Shown piece after piece: positions 47,613 to 57,633 of a DNA stretch of 64,000 nucleotides. How positions within the stretch are numbered: position 1 is the first letter of the stretch; every line of letters starts with the position of its first letter. This DNA is from an uncultured Acidobacteriota bacterium. GTDB taxonomy: Bacteria; Acidobacteriota; Blastocatellia; RBC074. The DNA lies in the NCBI GenBank assembly GCA_963796275.1, contig CAWCKY010000002.1:192001-256000 (forward strand), in the 5' to 3' direction. The position numbers and the translations under genes were made by a program. The notes under the pieces are model-generated. The model was not told the DNA's origin, ran no database searches, and saw only the letters and a program-made list of their open reading frames with translations.

Positions 47613-47639
47613 GACGAATGGCGATGGGGAAATGTGACG
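47613..47639 (-). promoter_or_regulatory. ECF41-type promoter CGTCACA-N16-CGTC (toward the CMD gene)
   Basis: Minus strand cgtcaca-tttccccatcgccatt-cgtc. Confidence 0.75.
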
Positions 47640-47732
47640 GAAGGTAGGGTAGAGATAAGAGAGCAATCGCACACACCGCACAACTACGGCAGTCCGTAGA
47701 CTGGCGTGTTGGCTGGAGGCTAAAAGGCGTTA

Positions 47733-48629
47733 ATGAACGTGAACGATCAGGATTGGCTAGCGAAGCGATTTGAGGAGAACCGGAATCATCTACGAGCAGT
47801 GGCCTACCAGATGCTCGGCTCGTTAAGCGAGGCGGATGACGCTGTCCAGGAAACCTGGCTTCGGCTCAGCCGCTCTGACGTCGCTGCCATTGAGAATCTG
47901 TCCGGATGGCTAACGACAGTCGCGGCCCGCGTGTGTCTGGACATACTGCGCTCGCGTAAGTCGCGCGGCGAACTGTCATTTCACACCATGCCTGAGCCCA
48001 TTGTGAGCCGCGAGGATAGAGTCGACCCTGAGCATGAAATGCTGCTGGCCGACTCTGTAGGTCTGGCAATGCTCATTGTGCTCGAAATGCTGTCTCCCGC
48101 TGAGCGGCTTGCGTTCGTGCTCCACGACATGTTCGGCGTCCCGTTCGAGGAGATAGCGTCTATCGTGAATCGCTCCCCGGCTGCGGCACGGCAGCTCGCA
48201 AGTCGCGCTCGCCGCAGAGTACAGGGAGCAGCCACCGTTCCGGACGTCGATATGGCCCGTCAGCGGGAGATTGTCAACGCCTTTCTCGCCGCCGCGCGTA
48301 ACGGCGACTTCGATGGCCTCCTCGCCATACTCGATCCGGATGTCGTGCTGAGAGCCGATCACGGTGCGGAGCAGCCTCCGGGCGCCTTACGAGTGATTCG
48401 AGGCGCACAGGCGGTAGCCAGGCAGGCGCTGACCTTCTCGCAGATTGTCGAGTCTGTGCAACCGGTGCTCGTGAACGGAACGGCGGGAACCATTTCATGG
48501 CTTGCTGGAGGAAGACCGCTTTCCGTTATTGGCTTTACGGTCAGGGGTGGGAAGATCGTCGAAATGGATGTGGTCGCCGACCCTGAGTTGCTCGAGCAAC
48601 TCAGCCTAGGGAGACCTGAACAATTATAG
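47733..48629 (+). CDS. ECF41 (SigJ-like) sigma factor with C-terminal SnoaL-like extension
   Basis: AY.MLGS..EADDAVQETWLR, LSPAERLAFVLHDMF, RQLASRARRRV and LDPDVVLRAD; divergent CMD partner gene. Confidence 0.92.
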   Translation: MNVNDQDWLAKRFEENRNHLRAVAYQMLGSLSEADDAVQETWLRLSRSDVAAIENLSGWLTTVAARVCLDILRSRKSRGELSFHTMPEPIVSREDRVDPEHEMLLADSVGLAMLIVLEMLSPAERLAFVLHDMFGVPFEEIASIVNRSPAAARQLASRARRRVQGAATVPDVDMARQREIVNAFLAAARNGDFDGLLAILDPDVVLRADHGAEQPPGALRVIRGAQAVARQALTFSQIVESVQPVLVNGTAGTISWLAGGRPLSVIGFTVRGGKIVEMDVVADPELLEQLSLGRPEQL

Positions 48630-48861
48630 GTATCCACCTGTTGACTCACCTAGAAATCTATCTGAAATAAGTACCCCTTCAAATAGCAGAAATTTTTCGA
48701 TAAAATGAGGAGAGAGTTTCCCCCCACAGCATCAATTTGCATCTGAAATACTCCGTCCTCCTCCTGCTGGTAAAAGATTGATTTCCTCTCTACTTAAACG
48801 CTGAAGCGTTATAGGTGAGGAGTAGTCAATTGCTCGATTCATACGCCGAAAGGGGTCTCCG

Positions 48862-49239
48862 ATGAGCAAGAAAGATCCGAAATTAGTTGTTCTACAATTT
48901 AATGAATGCATAAATTATCGAGATATCCGAGGGCTGTCCTACTTAATGACTGAGGATCATGTTTTCATTGACAGCAATGATGATATTCATAGAGGCAAGG
49001 AATTGATGATCAAGAGATGGGATGAATTTTTCCATCAATTCCCGGATTACCAGAATCATTTTGCGATTGTAGAATCAAGGGAAGACCAGGTGTTCGTCAT
49101 CGGTCATTCAACCTGTTCGTTTAAACCATTAGACGGACCTGCTCTCTGGACAGCAAGGGTGGAAGATGGCATTGTCGCTGAGTGGCATGTTTACCTCGAC
49201 ACGGTTGAAAATCGGGAAAAATTGCACTTGAAAACCTGA
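48862..49239 (+). CDS. SnoaL/NTF2-like domain protein
   Basis: FNECIN..D...L..LMTEDHVFID..W..FF..FPDY..DG.V.EW.VY.D pattern. Confidence 0.75.
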   Translation: MSKKDPKLVVLQFNECINYRDIRGLSYLMTEDHVFIDSNDDIHRGKELMIKRWDEFFHQFPDYQNHFAIVESREDQVFVIGHSTCSFKPLDGPALWTARVEDGIVAEWHVYLDTVENREKLHLKT

Positions 49240-49469
49240 TCAGCGGACGACCGATCAATCACTATCACTCTTCTAGTTAACTCACAAGCCCTAATTACTC
49301 GATCAACCGATGCTTCGTCAAAGAGGCTCACAAGCAGTCGCGCTCCAGATGCGTGGATGGTTGATTTCGTAGTGACCCGGGTGACGATGATCAAATAGCT
49401 AGACATTCTGACATCCCCGCACCGAGCATTCCTTCGCGCATATCGTCATCGAAATTCTCACGTAACTGA

Positions 49470-49916
49470 TGCGAGATTCTCTCAATCAATGATCATGAAT
49501 TTCTGGTCCTGGAACGAGACAACAGGTCTAACCTGCAAACGCCAACTCAGGCCCCAACGAGAAAAACGATCTACAAGATTGATATCACCGGCGCGACTGA
49601 TGTCTCAGGGATCGATTCCCTTCCTGGCGGCTCGTTGCCTGCGGATATAGTACCCGTCCAGAAGACCTTGTTCATTAACCTGCTGGATCCTACTTTCAAT
49701 CTTGCAGCGACAATTCCGGAGAAGATCGAAGGACTTGCCTGGGGTCCCAATCTTAATGACGGCAGGCATGTGCTCTACGTAATCAGCGACAACGATCTTA
49801 ACCCGAACCTGGATACTCAAATCTACTCTTTTGCGATTGCCCCCTCACTCATTGACTTCGAGAAGCAGTTCATTCCGTTTCCTGTGTATCCGCCGTGGCT
49901 GGTCCCAAGAAACTAA
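49470..49916 (+). pseudogene. C-terminal fragment of a phytase-like/esterase-like protein
   Basis: EILSINDHEFLVLERDN..IYKIDITGATDVS..EKIEGLAWGP..ISDND; the 5' part is missing (stop at 49467). Confidence 0.72.
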
Positions 49917-50187
49917 TTTTGAATGATAAAGTGAGAACCGAAGAGATCGCTCCGTTCGATCGAAGGCTTCACAAATTCAGGGTGATAATCTTAACTATTA
50001 CGATATCGCCATGAGCACAGAACACGCAGTCTGTCGATTGCGGTATCTTTTCCAACCAATGAGGCCCGGTTCGAAGCGCCGGGATCACCGAAAGCGGCCG
50101 CAGTGAGAAATACAATCACGAGCAGGAGCGTAATCAATTTCCAGTCGTTGAGCTTCATCAAAAAATCGTCCCTTCTTGAATATTCAT

Positions 50188-50628
50188 CTAACCTCGCTTT
50201 GCCTGCTGGCATAGCCGGCAGAGGCCGAAGATTCGCAGGCTGTGATGCGTCGCCTGAAATCCGAATTCATCGATGATTCGATCCTGTTCGCGCTCGATGA
50301 ATTCGTTGAAAAACTCGATCACCAACCCGCAGCCCTCGCAGATCAAATGATCGTGATGCTGCTGTTTGTAGTCGTACTCATAGCGTTTGTGGCTGTCACC
50401 GAATTTCTCTTCGCGAGCCAACCCCGCCTCGACCAGAAGCTTCATCGTGCGGTAGACGGTCGTAAAACCGAGTGTCGGGTCTTTGATTTTGGCTCGTTTA
50501 TGAATCTCTTCCACTGAGAGATGGCCTTCAGCGCCCTGAAAAACATCCAATATCAGATCGCGCTGACTCGTGACTTTGTTCCCTGTCCGTCGAAGGAAAC
50601 TGTGAAATATGTCCTTTTCTTCACCCAT
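50188..50628 (-). CDS. Fur-family transcriptional regulator
   Basis: TSQR, HLSVEE, TVYRTMKLL, HHDHLICEGCG and C-terminal CRLC. Fur versus Zur not resolved. Confidence 0.93.
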   Translation of the reverse strand: MGEEKDIFHSFLRRTGNKVTSQRDLILDVFQGAEGHLSVEEIHKRAKIKDPTLGFTTVYRTMKLLVEAGLAREEKFGDSHKRYEYDYKQQHHDHLICEGCGLVIEFFNEFIEREQDRIIDEFGFQATHHSLRIFGLCRLCQQAKRG

Positions 50629-50814
50629 CGCTATACTGCCTTTAATGCTCAGTCTCGCGTCCTGGCTACGTATAAAAATGCAGCCTTCTCTCTATATCGC
50701 TTACATTGGATGAAACGTGATCTGTGGTAATTGAAATTACGGATGGGAAATGTCAGGATGCTGCCTGCACATAGCCCGTAATGTTCGCCAGAACAGACCG
50801 GATGCTTGTGTTAC

Positions 50815-50855
50815 AAAGCCTTTAGCGTTGCCGCGCTGAAGGCTTTCTTGTTTTA
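50815..50855. terminator. Hairpin, likely intrinsic terminator
   Basis: AAAGCCTTTAGCG-ttgccg-CGCTGAAGGCTTT followed by CTTGTTTT on the plus strand. Confidence 0.55.
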
Positions 50856-50952
50856 TCTTATCTTTAACCGATCGCGTGCTATTCCGAACTGCGAACCGTT
50901 TTTTCGATTAGATCGATCATCTAAACCTCAAAAGGTTATTTCCCCGATGATA

Positions 50953-51007
50953 TTGAAATCCATTTTCAAGGTGGAAGGATAATATGGACGAATGATATTA
51001 AAGTCAA
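50953..51007 (-). promoter_or_regulatory. Sigma70 promoter TTGACT-N17-TATTAT with a Fur-type box at the start site
   Basis: -35 at 51002-51007, -10 at 50979-50984; palindrome TTGAAA-tccat-TTTCAA at 50953-50969. Confidence 0.65.
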
Positions 51008-51614
51008 GAATTTAATAAGTGATCTAGAAATTCCTGGGCCGCTCGTTATGACGGCTGTGAAGGTGTGGGAGGGCACTTCAGCAATCAAAGAGAGTTAACA
51101 ATTAGCAGTTCCAGCCTGGGATGAGCTCGATAAACGCAATCACGTTTGAATAACTCATACGCATTTCCCAACATGATGACCTATGATTGCACTAGCAACG
51201 CCGAGGACGAGCAGTCTTAACTGTTTTGTAGCTGTTACGTAACCGTAAAGTCGTTGACACATCCAAGCATACTTCATCATTCTGTAGTTATGTGAGGAGT
51301 CTGCGAATTAAACCTGGGTCGATCCGATACACGAAGTTCGGCGAACAGCAGCGGCTACAACGCTTTCCAAGGTTCGTTAAAGATGCGTCAAGCCGCAGGA
51401 CTCCAAAGCTTTTCGGCTCTGGCTGATCTCAGTACATTCAATCAGCATCCATAGGTATATCCCTCTACCTATTAGTGTTCGCAAAACATGTTTGTGGCGA
51501 CAATATAAGTATAAGAGAAGATCGATCACTGCGTAGGGGTGGGCATGATTTCTTTGTGCCCCATTCATTAATCACTAAGTTCTATACGTCAGCTAACCCC
51601 AGTCAGGAGGAACC

Positions 51615-54515
51615 ATGCACCAGAAGCACCATTCAGTTCCATTCAGAATCGGCCGCACCATATTAGTTCTATTAACATCCTGCATCATATTCAGTACGGT
51701 GAGAGTCCAGACCGTATTGGTCGGTGCCGGCAGCTACAACACTGCTTGGCCTGGTAAATTTTCAGCTTCTCCACATGTCCAAACCTCCAACCTGATCTCG
51801 CAAGGACGCCCGGTCGTAGCCTCTTCGGCAGAAGGGCCCTTCGCGGCTGCCAATGCCGTCGACGGCAACGCCGGCACCCGCTGGGGCAGCGCCTTCACCA
51901 ACAACGAGTGGATATACGTCGATCTGGGCTCCACTTTCACCATCAGCCGCGTGGCCCTGAACTGGGAAGCCGCCTATGGCAGCGGCTATCAGATCCAGGT
52001 CTCAAGCGACGCGACGACCTGGACCACCGTCTTCACCACCACCACCGGCAACGGTGCCATCGATGATCTCTCCGTCTCCGGATCCGGTCGTTATGTCCGT
52101 ATGCTCGGGACCGCCCGCGCCACACAGTGGGGCTATTCCCTCTTCGAGCTCCAGGTCTTCGGCACCCCCGGTGGCGGCACCCTGCTCTCGCAAGGACGCC
52201 CGGTCGTAGCCTCTTCGGCGGAAGGACCCTTCGCGGCTGCCAATGCCGTCGACGGCAACGCCGGCACCCGCTGGGGCAGCGCCTTCACCAACAACGAGTG
52301 GATATACGTCGATCTGGGCTCCACCGCCACCATCAGCCGCGTGGTACTGAACTGGGAAGCCGCCTATGGCAGCGGCTATCAGATACAGGTCTCCAATAAC
52401 GCGACAACCTGGACCACCATCTTCACCACCACCACCGGCAACGGTGCCATGGATGACCTCTCCGTCTCCGGATCCGGTCGTTACGTCCGCATGCTCGGGA
52501 CCGCGCGCGCCACACCGTGGGGCTATTCCCTCTTCGAGTTCCAGGTCTTCGGCACCTCCGGCGGCGGCACGTGCGCCACGCTGCCAGGGGCGCCCACCGC
52601 CCTAAGCGCCGCGATCGTGAGCAGCACCAGTGTCACACTCAGCTGGACCGCTCCCAACCCCGGCGCCAACTGTACCATCACCAGTTACCGGGTGTTCCGG
52701 GACGGCGTGCAGGTGGCCACCCCCGCCGGCACCAGCGCGCTTATCAGCGGCCTGACCGCCAATACCACTTACTCCTTCACGGTCGTAGCCGTGAACGCCT
52801 TCGGAGCCGGCCCGCAGAGCGGCGCGCTCTCCGTCACAACCTCCGGCGGCTCCAGCAATCCCAACTTCGGACCCAATGTGGTCATCTTCGATACGTCGAT
52901 GCCGATGGGCACCATTCAGAGCCAGATCAACAGCATCTTCGCCGTGCAGCAGAACAACCAGTTTGGCACGCCGCGTACGGCCATACTCTTCAAGCCTGGC
53001 ACATACAACGTAGACATCCCCATCGGCTTTTTCACCCACATCAGCGGTCTGGGCGCATTCCCTGATGACGTCACCGTCTCGAACGTACACTCCGACGCGG
53101 TGCTGCCCAACTTTAACGGCACACAGAACTTCTGGCGAGGGGTGGAGAACTTCTCGGTCACCCCGACCGGCGCCGGCATGAAGTGGGCGGTCTCCCAGGC
53201 GTGTCCCTTTCGCCGCATGCACATTCGTGGTAACAACTTGAATCTCCACGATAACTTCGGCTGGGTGAGCGGCGGGTGGATATCCGACTCCGTCGTCGAC
53301 TTCGACGTGGGGTCCATCTCTCAGCAGCAGTGGATATCCCGCAACGCGCAGTGGGGCAGCTGGACTGGCAATGTCTGGAACATGGTGTTCGTGGGCATCC
53401 CCAACAACCTGCCCGGCGGAGTTTGGCCCACCGCCGCCAACACCTTCATCAACCCCACCCCCATCTCGCGCGAAAAACCGTTCCTCTGGCTCAACGGCGC
53501 GAACTACGAGGTCTACGTTCCGAACCTTCGCACCAACACCAATGGCATCACGTGGGGCGCTGGCCAGACCCCCGGCACCTCTATTCCGCTCGACCAGTTC
53601 TACGTGGCTCGGGCAGGCGTTGATACAGCCGCCACTATGAACGCCGCCCTCAACGCCGGCCGGAACCTACTCCTCACGCCCGGCATCTACGACCTCAACG
53701 TTCCCATTCAGGTCAATCGCCCCAACGCCATCGTGATGGGGATGGGCTATGCCACCTTGCGGCCCACCGCCGGCAATGCGGTCCTCACCACCGCCGACGT
53801 GGATGGGGTGAAGCTCGCTCACATCTTCGTCGACGCGGGCGCGATCAACTCGCCTGTCCTGGTCCAGATCGGCCCTCCGGGGAGCAACGCCAACCACGCT
53901 GCCAATCCGATCACGATCCACGACCTGTTCATCCGCGTCGGAGGAGCGACCGTTGGCCGGGCCAACGTCAGCCTTCAGATCAACAGCGACAACACCCTGC
54001 TCGACCACACCTGGCTCTGGCGCGCCGACCACGGCAATGCCGGAACGGTGGGCTGGGAGATCAACACTGCCGCAAATGGATTGGTGGTAAACGGCGACAA
54101 CGTCACCGCCTATGGCCTCTTCGTCGAGCACTTCCAGGAGTATCAAACCATCTGGAACGGCAACGGAGGCAGGACTTACTTCTACCAGTCCGAGATCCCT
54201 TATGATCCACCGCAAAACCGCCAGGATCTCTGGACCTCTGCACCAGGCGTTAACGGCTGGGCCTCGTACAAGGTGGCCGATTCCGTCACCAGTCACGAGG
54301 CCTGGGGAATGGGGATATACGCGGTGTTCCTCGTTACGGGCCAGCGGCTGACCCGCGCCATCGAGACCCCGGTCAACCCCAACGTGCGCTTCCATCACCT
54401 GGTGACCGTCAACCTGACCGTGAACGGCGGGATAGATAATGTCATCAACAACACCGGCGGCGGGACGGCTCCCGGGATCGCAGTCAACACGCCGCGCGTC
54501 ACCGACTTTCCATAA
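51615..54515 (+). CDS. Secreted modular glycoside hydrolase: 2x CBM32 (discoidin) + FN3 + GH55-like beta-1,3-glucanase
   Basis: AVDGNAGTRWGS..WIYVDLG twice; an FN3 domain; TQNFWRGVEN, WAVSQA, WLWRADHG and YQSEIPYD typical of bacterial GH55. Confidence 0.85.
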   Translation: MHQKHHSVPFRIGRTILVLLTSCIIFSTVRVQTVLVGAGSYNTAWPGKFSASPHVQTSNLISQGRPVVASSAEGPFAAANAVDGNAGTRWGSAFTNNEWIYVDLGSTFTISRVALNWEAAYGSGYQIQVSSDATTWTTVFTTTTGNGAIDDLSVSGSGRYVRMLGTARATQWGYSLFELQVFGTPGGGTLLSQGRPVVASSAEGPFAAANAVDGNAGTRWGSAFTNNEWIYVDLGSTATISRVVLNWEAAYGSGYQIQVSNNATTWTTIFTTTTGNGAMDDLSVSGSGRYVRMLGTARATPWGYSLFEFQVFGTSGGGTCATLPGAPTALSAAIVSSTSVTLSWTAPNPGANCTITSYRVFRDGVQVATPAGTSALISGLTANTTYSFTVVAVNAFGAGPQSGALSVTTSGGSSNPNFGPNVVIFDTSMPMGTIQSQINSIFAVQQNNQFGTPRTAILFKPGTYNVDIPIGFFTHISGLGAFPDDVTVSNVHSDAVLPNFNGTQNFWRGVENFSVTPTGAGMKWAVSQACPFRRMHIRGNNLNLHDNFGWVSGGWISDSVVDFDVGSISQQQWISRNAQWGSWTGNVWNMVFVGIPNNLPGGVWPTAANTFINPTPISREKPFLWLNGANYEVYVPNLRTNTNGITWGAGQTPGTSIPLDQFYVARAGVDTAATMNAALNAGRNLLLTPGIYDLNVPIQVNRPNAIVMGMGYATLRPTAGNAVLTTADVDGVKLAHIFVDAGAINSPVLVQIGPPGSNANHAANPITIHDLFIRVGGATVGRANVSLQINSDNTLLDHTWLWRADHGNAGTVGWEINTAANGLVVNGDNVTAYGLFVEHFQEYQTIWNGNGGRTYFYQSEIPYDPPQNRQDLWTSAPGVNGWASYKVADSVTSHEAWGMGIYAVFLVTGQRLTRAIETPVNPNVRFHHLVTVNLTVNGGIDNVINNTGGGTAPGIAVNTPRVTDFP
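51791..52556 (+). repeat. Near-identical intragenic duplication (390-bp period) encoding the two CBM32 modules
   Basis: 51791-52166 versus 52181-52556; long identical DNA stretches. Confidence 0.92.
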
Positions 54516-54546
54516 TGGACGTGCCGGAATCATAAGCGGTATCAGA

Positions 54547-54581
54547 GAGGGGCCCCGAGACTAGCGGTTTCGGGGCCCCTC
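54547..54581. terminator. GC-rich hairpin between convergent genes
   Basis: GAGGGGCCCCGAGAC-tagcg-GTTTCGGGGCCCCTC; no clear U tract. Confidence 0.6.
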
Positions 54582-54662
54582 AAGATTCAGCCGGTCATCC
54601 GACGCCGTTGCCCCGTGCGCGGCTATCGGCATCTTCCTGAATTCTCTATCTAGATGCACTGC

Positions 54663-55328
54663 TCACCGGCATCTGGTCTTCTCCAGAAACTGCAGCAGGA
54701 CGTTGCCACCAACGGCATCCGTAAATCCGAATTGCGCGCGTACAGCCATTCCAAGCAACGCGCCGTCAACAGCTGATATAAGCTGCCCGCCGGATGCGCC
54801 GGGCACAACCGGAACCTTTGCTGTTACTTCCCCTGGTGGGGTTATGAGAACGCTACCCCAGGTAATCACCGAACGCTCTCCACGAGGATTACTGCCCACA
54901 GCAAACACTGGTTCGCCCGTGCTTGAGTTCGTTCTGATGGCAATATTGTCGGTAGTTTTGGGGAGCGGCACGAGCAATCGCAGCAAGTCTTGCTCTGGAT
55001 CCGCGCCCCGGATCTCCGCCTCTACGCCGTCTACTTGCACGACCTTGCTTTCGCGCTTAGCTCTACCAGACTTACAACGCATGAGGTGATAGGCGGTAAC
55101 TACCTCCGCCTTCCCTTCCTCTCGATAACCAGTAAGAAACCCGCTGCCGAGTTTGCACTCGCTGGTCACCAACACGAAGCGATCTTTGGCAGAGCTAACA
55201 TAGTCCGGTTTACTAAGGCTGATAGCTCTTTCCGGCATGTATAAGGTCAGTATAAGGGCCAAACCCAAGGCCACTCTTAACCCTCTTATTCTTCTCGTAA
55301 GTCCCGTCAGTTTCATCCGCATCGCCAT
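54663..55328 (-). CDS. Trypsin-like serine peptidase domain protein (exported)
   Basis: LGSGF, VVTAYHL (His), QDLL (Asp), PGASGG (Ser) and an N-terminal hydrophobic segment. Confidence 0.78.
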   Translation of the reverse strand: MAMRMKLTGLTRRIRGLRVALGLALILTLYMPERAISLSKPDYVSSAKDRFVLVTSECKLGSGFLTGYREEGKAEVVTAYHLMRCKSGRAKRESKVVQVDGVEAEIRGADPEQDLLRLLVPLPKTTDNIAIRTNSSTGEPVFAVGSNPRGERSVITWGSVLITPPGEVTAKVPVVPGASGGQLISAVDGALLGMAVRAQFGFTDAVGGNVLLQFLEKTRCR

Positions 55329-55752
55329 AAACCTCCGTCATTACACAAAGCTCTTCTTTCCTGCGGGGCACAGCTCTGGTGTTCCCTTTCAGGCGTAGGT
55401 GTATCCGCTTTGGATTTTCCGATTAGTTAAAACCTCGTTAAATCGTGAGTGTGTCTTCTCCCCTTTGCTTGATAGTGACCGCAGTCGCCTTTCTACATCG
55501 CTAAGAGGGCAATTACCGTTCCGTGATTAATGAGATAGTGTTGGTAGATTGAATCGATATAGCTGTTGAAATGGCATTGATTGAATGGAGACCGAGTGTT
55601 CGATGTTCACAGCTCAACCTGAGAAAGATGAAAGGTATAGAATAACCTTGTGAAATATCGAAAAGATAAAGAGAATACTCATCGGTCCCAAGTAAAAACG
55701 AGCCGGACATCACCGTCACCTGAAGATATATAGTTTGGCAGGTCATATAAAA

Positions 55753-56991
55753 ATGGCAGATAAATATAGTCCGCACGCGCCTTTTACCGAAACGCGTTTC
55801 GTATCTATCGTCTGTTCCCTCCTCCTCATGGGGACCTGGGCGTGTAGTATCAAATCCCTATCACAACAGCCGCCGGCTGATCGCGCCGAGCGCGCACGGC
55901 GCATGTCAAAGGAGGCTGAAGACCGCGGTCTCGCCGATCCGTTCAAGGGCGTCACCACAGACGGCAATGTTGTCGCGGGTCTGTTTCCCATCCGCTCGAC
56001 CGGAGTCTCCACCGCACCCGTCCAGAAGGCGGCCCAGGCCTTCCTCGCCACTTTGACCCAGGAGCAGCGCGGCAAGACCATGTTTTCGGTCAATGATCCG
56101 GAATGGCGCAAGTGGATGAATCAACACTTCTACATCCGTCAGGGCACCGGTTTCAAGGAGATGGATGAAGCGCAACGTGAGGCAGCCATTGATCTCCTGC
56201 GCGCCTCACTCAGCGCAAAGGGATTGAAGTCGTCGCGTGACATCATGCGGCTCAACCACACGTTGGGCGAGCTGAATAACAACAACTTCGAAGAATACAA
56301 CGAGTTGTTCTATTGGATCACGGTAATGGGCACGCCTTCGGACAAGGAGCCCTGGGGCTGGCAACTCGATGGCCACCATCTGAACATCAATTATTTCGTG
56401 CTGGGCGACCAAGTTGTGATGACGCCGACCTTCATGGGGTCCGAGCCGGTGACGGCCGCCGATGGCAAATACAAAGGCACCACGGTGCTGCAGGAGGAGC
56501 AGAAGAAGGGTCTGAATCTGATCAACGCTCTCGATGAGGCGCAGCGCAAGAGAGCCATCATCGAGCTCTCCAAGACACGTAATAACAACTTGGGCGAGGC
56601 ATTTCGTGACAACATCGTCCTCGATTACGCGGGCATTCGCGCAGCGGAACTGACAGCCGGTCAGAAGAGGGTATTGATCGACTTAATTGCCGAATACGTG
56701 GGGAACATGCGCGACGGGCATGCGCGGGTGAAGATGGACGAAGTGCGTCGCTATCTTGATGATACCCGCTTCGCCTGGATCGGCGGAACGGAGTCCGGCA
56801 GTGTCTTCTATTACCGCATCCAGAGCCCGGTGATCCTGATCGAGTTCGATCATCAGACGCCGATCGCGCTGCGCCATATCGAGCGGGGCAAGCCCACGCG
56901 CGAGCATATTCATACGGTCGTACGGACGCCGAACGGAAATGACTATGGCAAGGACATACTCCGGCAGCACTACCAGCAGCATCCGCATTAG
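55753..56991 (+). CDS. DUF3500 domain protein
   Basis: [39 protein letters not shown] and [15 protein letters not shown]. Start uncertain. Confidence 0.85.
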   Translation: MADKYSPHAPFTETRFVSIVCSLLLMGTWACSIKSLSQQPPADRAERARRMSKEAEDRGLADPFKGVTTDGNVVAGLFPIRSTGVSTAPVQKAAQAFLATLTQEQRGKTMFSVNDPEWRKWMNQHFYIRQGTGFKEMDEAQREAAIDLLRASLSAKGLKSSRDIMRLNHTLGELNNNNFEEYNELFYWITVMGTPSDKEPWGWQLDGHHLNINYFVLGDQVVMTPTFMGSEPVTAADGKYKGTTVLQEEQKKGLNLINALDEAQRKRAIIELSKTRNNNLGEAFRDNIVLDYAGIRAAELTAGQKRVLIDLIAEYVGNMRDGHARVKMDEVRRYLDDTRFAWIGGTESGSVFYYRIQSPVILIEFDHQTPIALRHIERGKPTREHIHTVVRTPNGNDYGKDILRQHYQQHPH

Positions 56992-57038
56992 CGCTGACTA
57001 GGTGGGGGAAACTCGGATAGGATGGTAGACTCGCTCCT

Positions 57039-57509
57039 ATGATTACCTGGTTAATTGATATGGGCTACATCACAAAAGCGAGCAAGGGCCGGTTCAAGCT
57101 CGATTACATAATTGCCAAGCAGTTTATTGAACAAAAACTGAAAGACATTTGCCAAGCGGTCATTTTCAATAGCGTGGACAACAAGCGCGGTGTAGATCGT
57201 AACCTCACGCAGTTTTACTACACAGTCCAACAAGCAGGATTTACCGTCAACCTTTACCAGATGGAAGGCGGGACACAAAAACAGGTCGATGTCGCTCTCG
57301 CATCCCACGCTGTTTGGCGAGCGACTCAGGGCGATACGATTATCCTCAGCTCAGGCGATCAAGACTTTCTGCCAGCCGTTAAGCTGATCACGGAGAATAC
57401 GCAACAGAGACTTGTCTTATTTACATATGACTTCGGAGTACACAAAGAACTGATCAGCGCATCTTCCGAGCATTGGATTTTCGAGAACTACCCACAACTT
57501 GAAAGATGA
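57039..57509 (+). CDS. NYN (LabA/DUF88 PIN-fold) domain protein
   Basis: WLIDMGY, QKQVDVALA and ILSSGDQDFLPAV carry the acidic catalytic residues. Confidence 0.8.
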   Translation: MITWLIDMGYITKASKGRFKLDYIIAKQFIEQKLKDICQAVIFNSVDNKRGVDRNLTQFYYTVQQAGFTVNLYQMEGGTQKQVDVALASHAVWRATQGDTIILSSGDQDFLPAVKLITENTQQRLVLFTYDFGVHKELISASSEHWIFENYPQLER

Positions 57510-57633
57510 GACTGCTCTCGATTCCACTTGGCTGTGAAGAGCAAGGAAACGCAAGCATCCTGAAACGATCGGGTAATCGGATACCTGCAAACAAATGCTG
57601 CGTCGATCGATAACTTCTCCTTGAACGCGCTAA

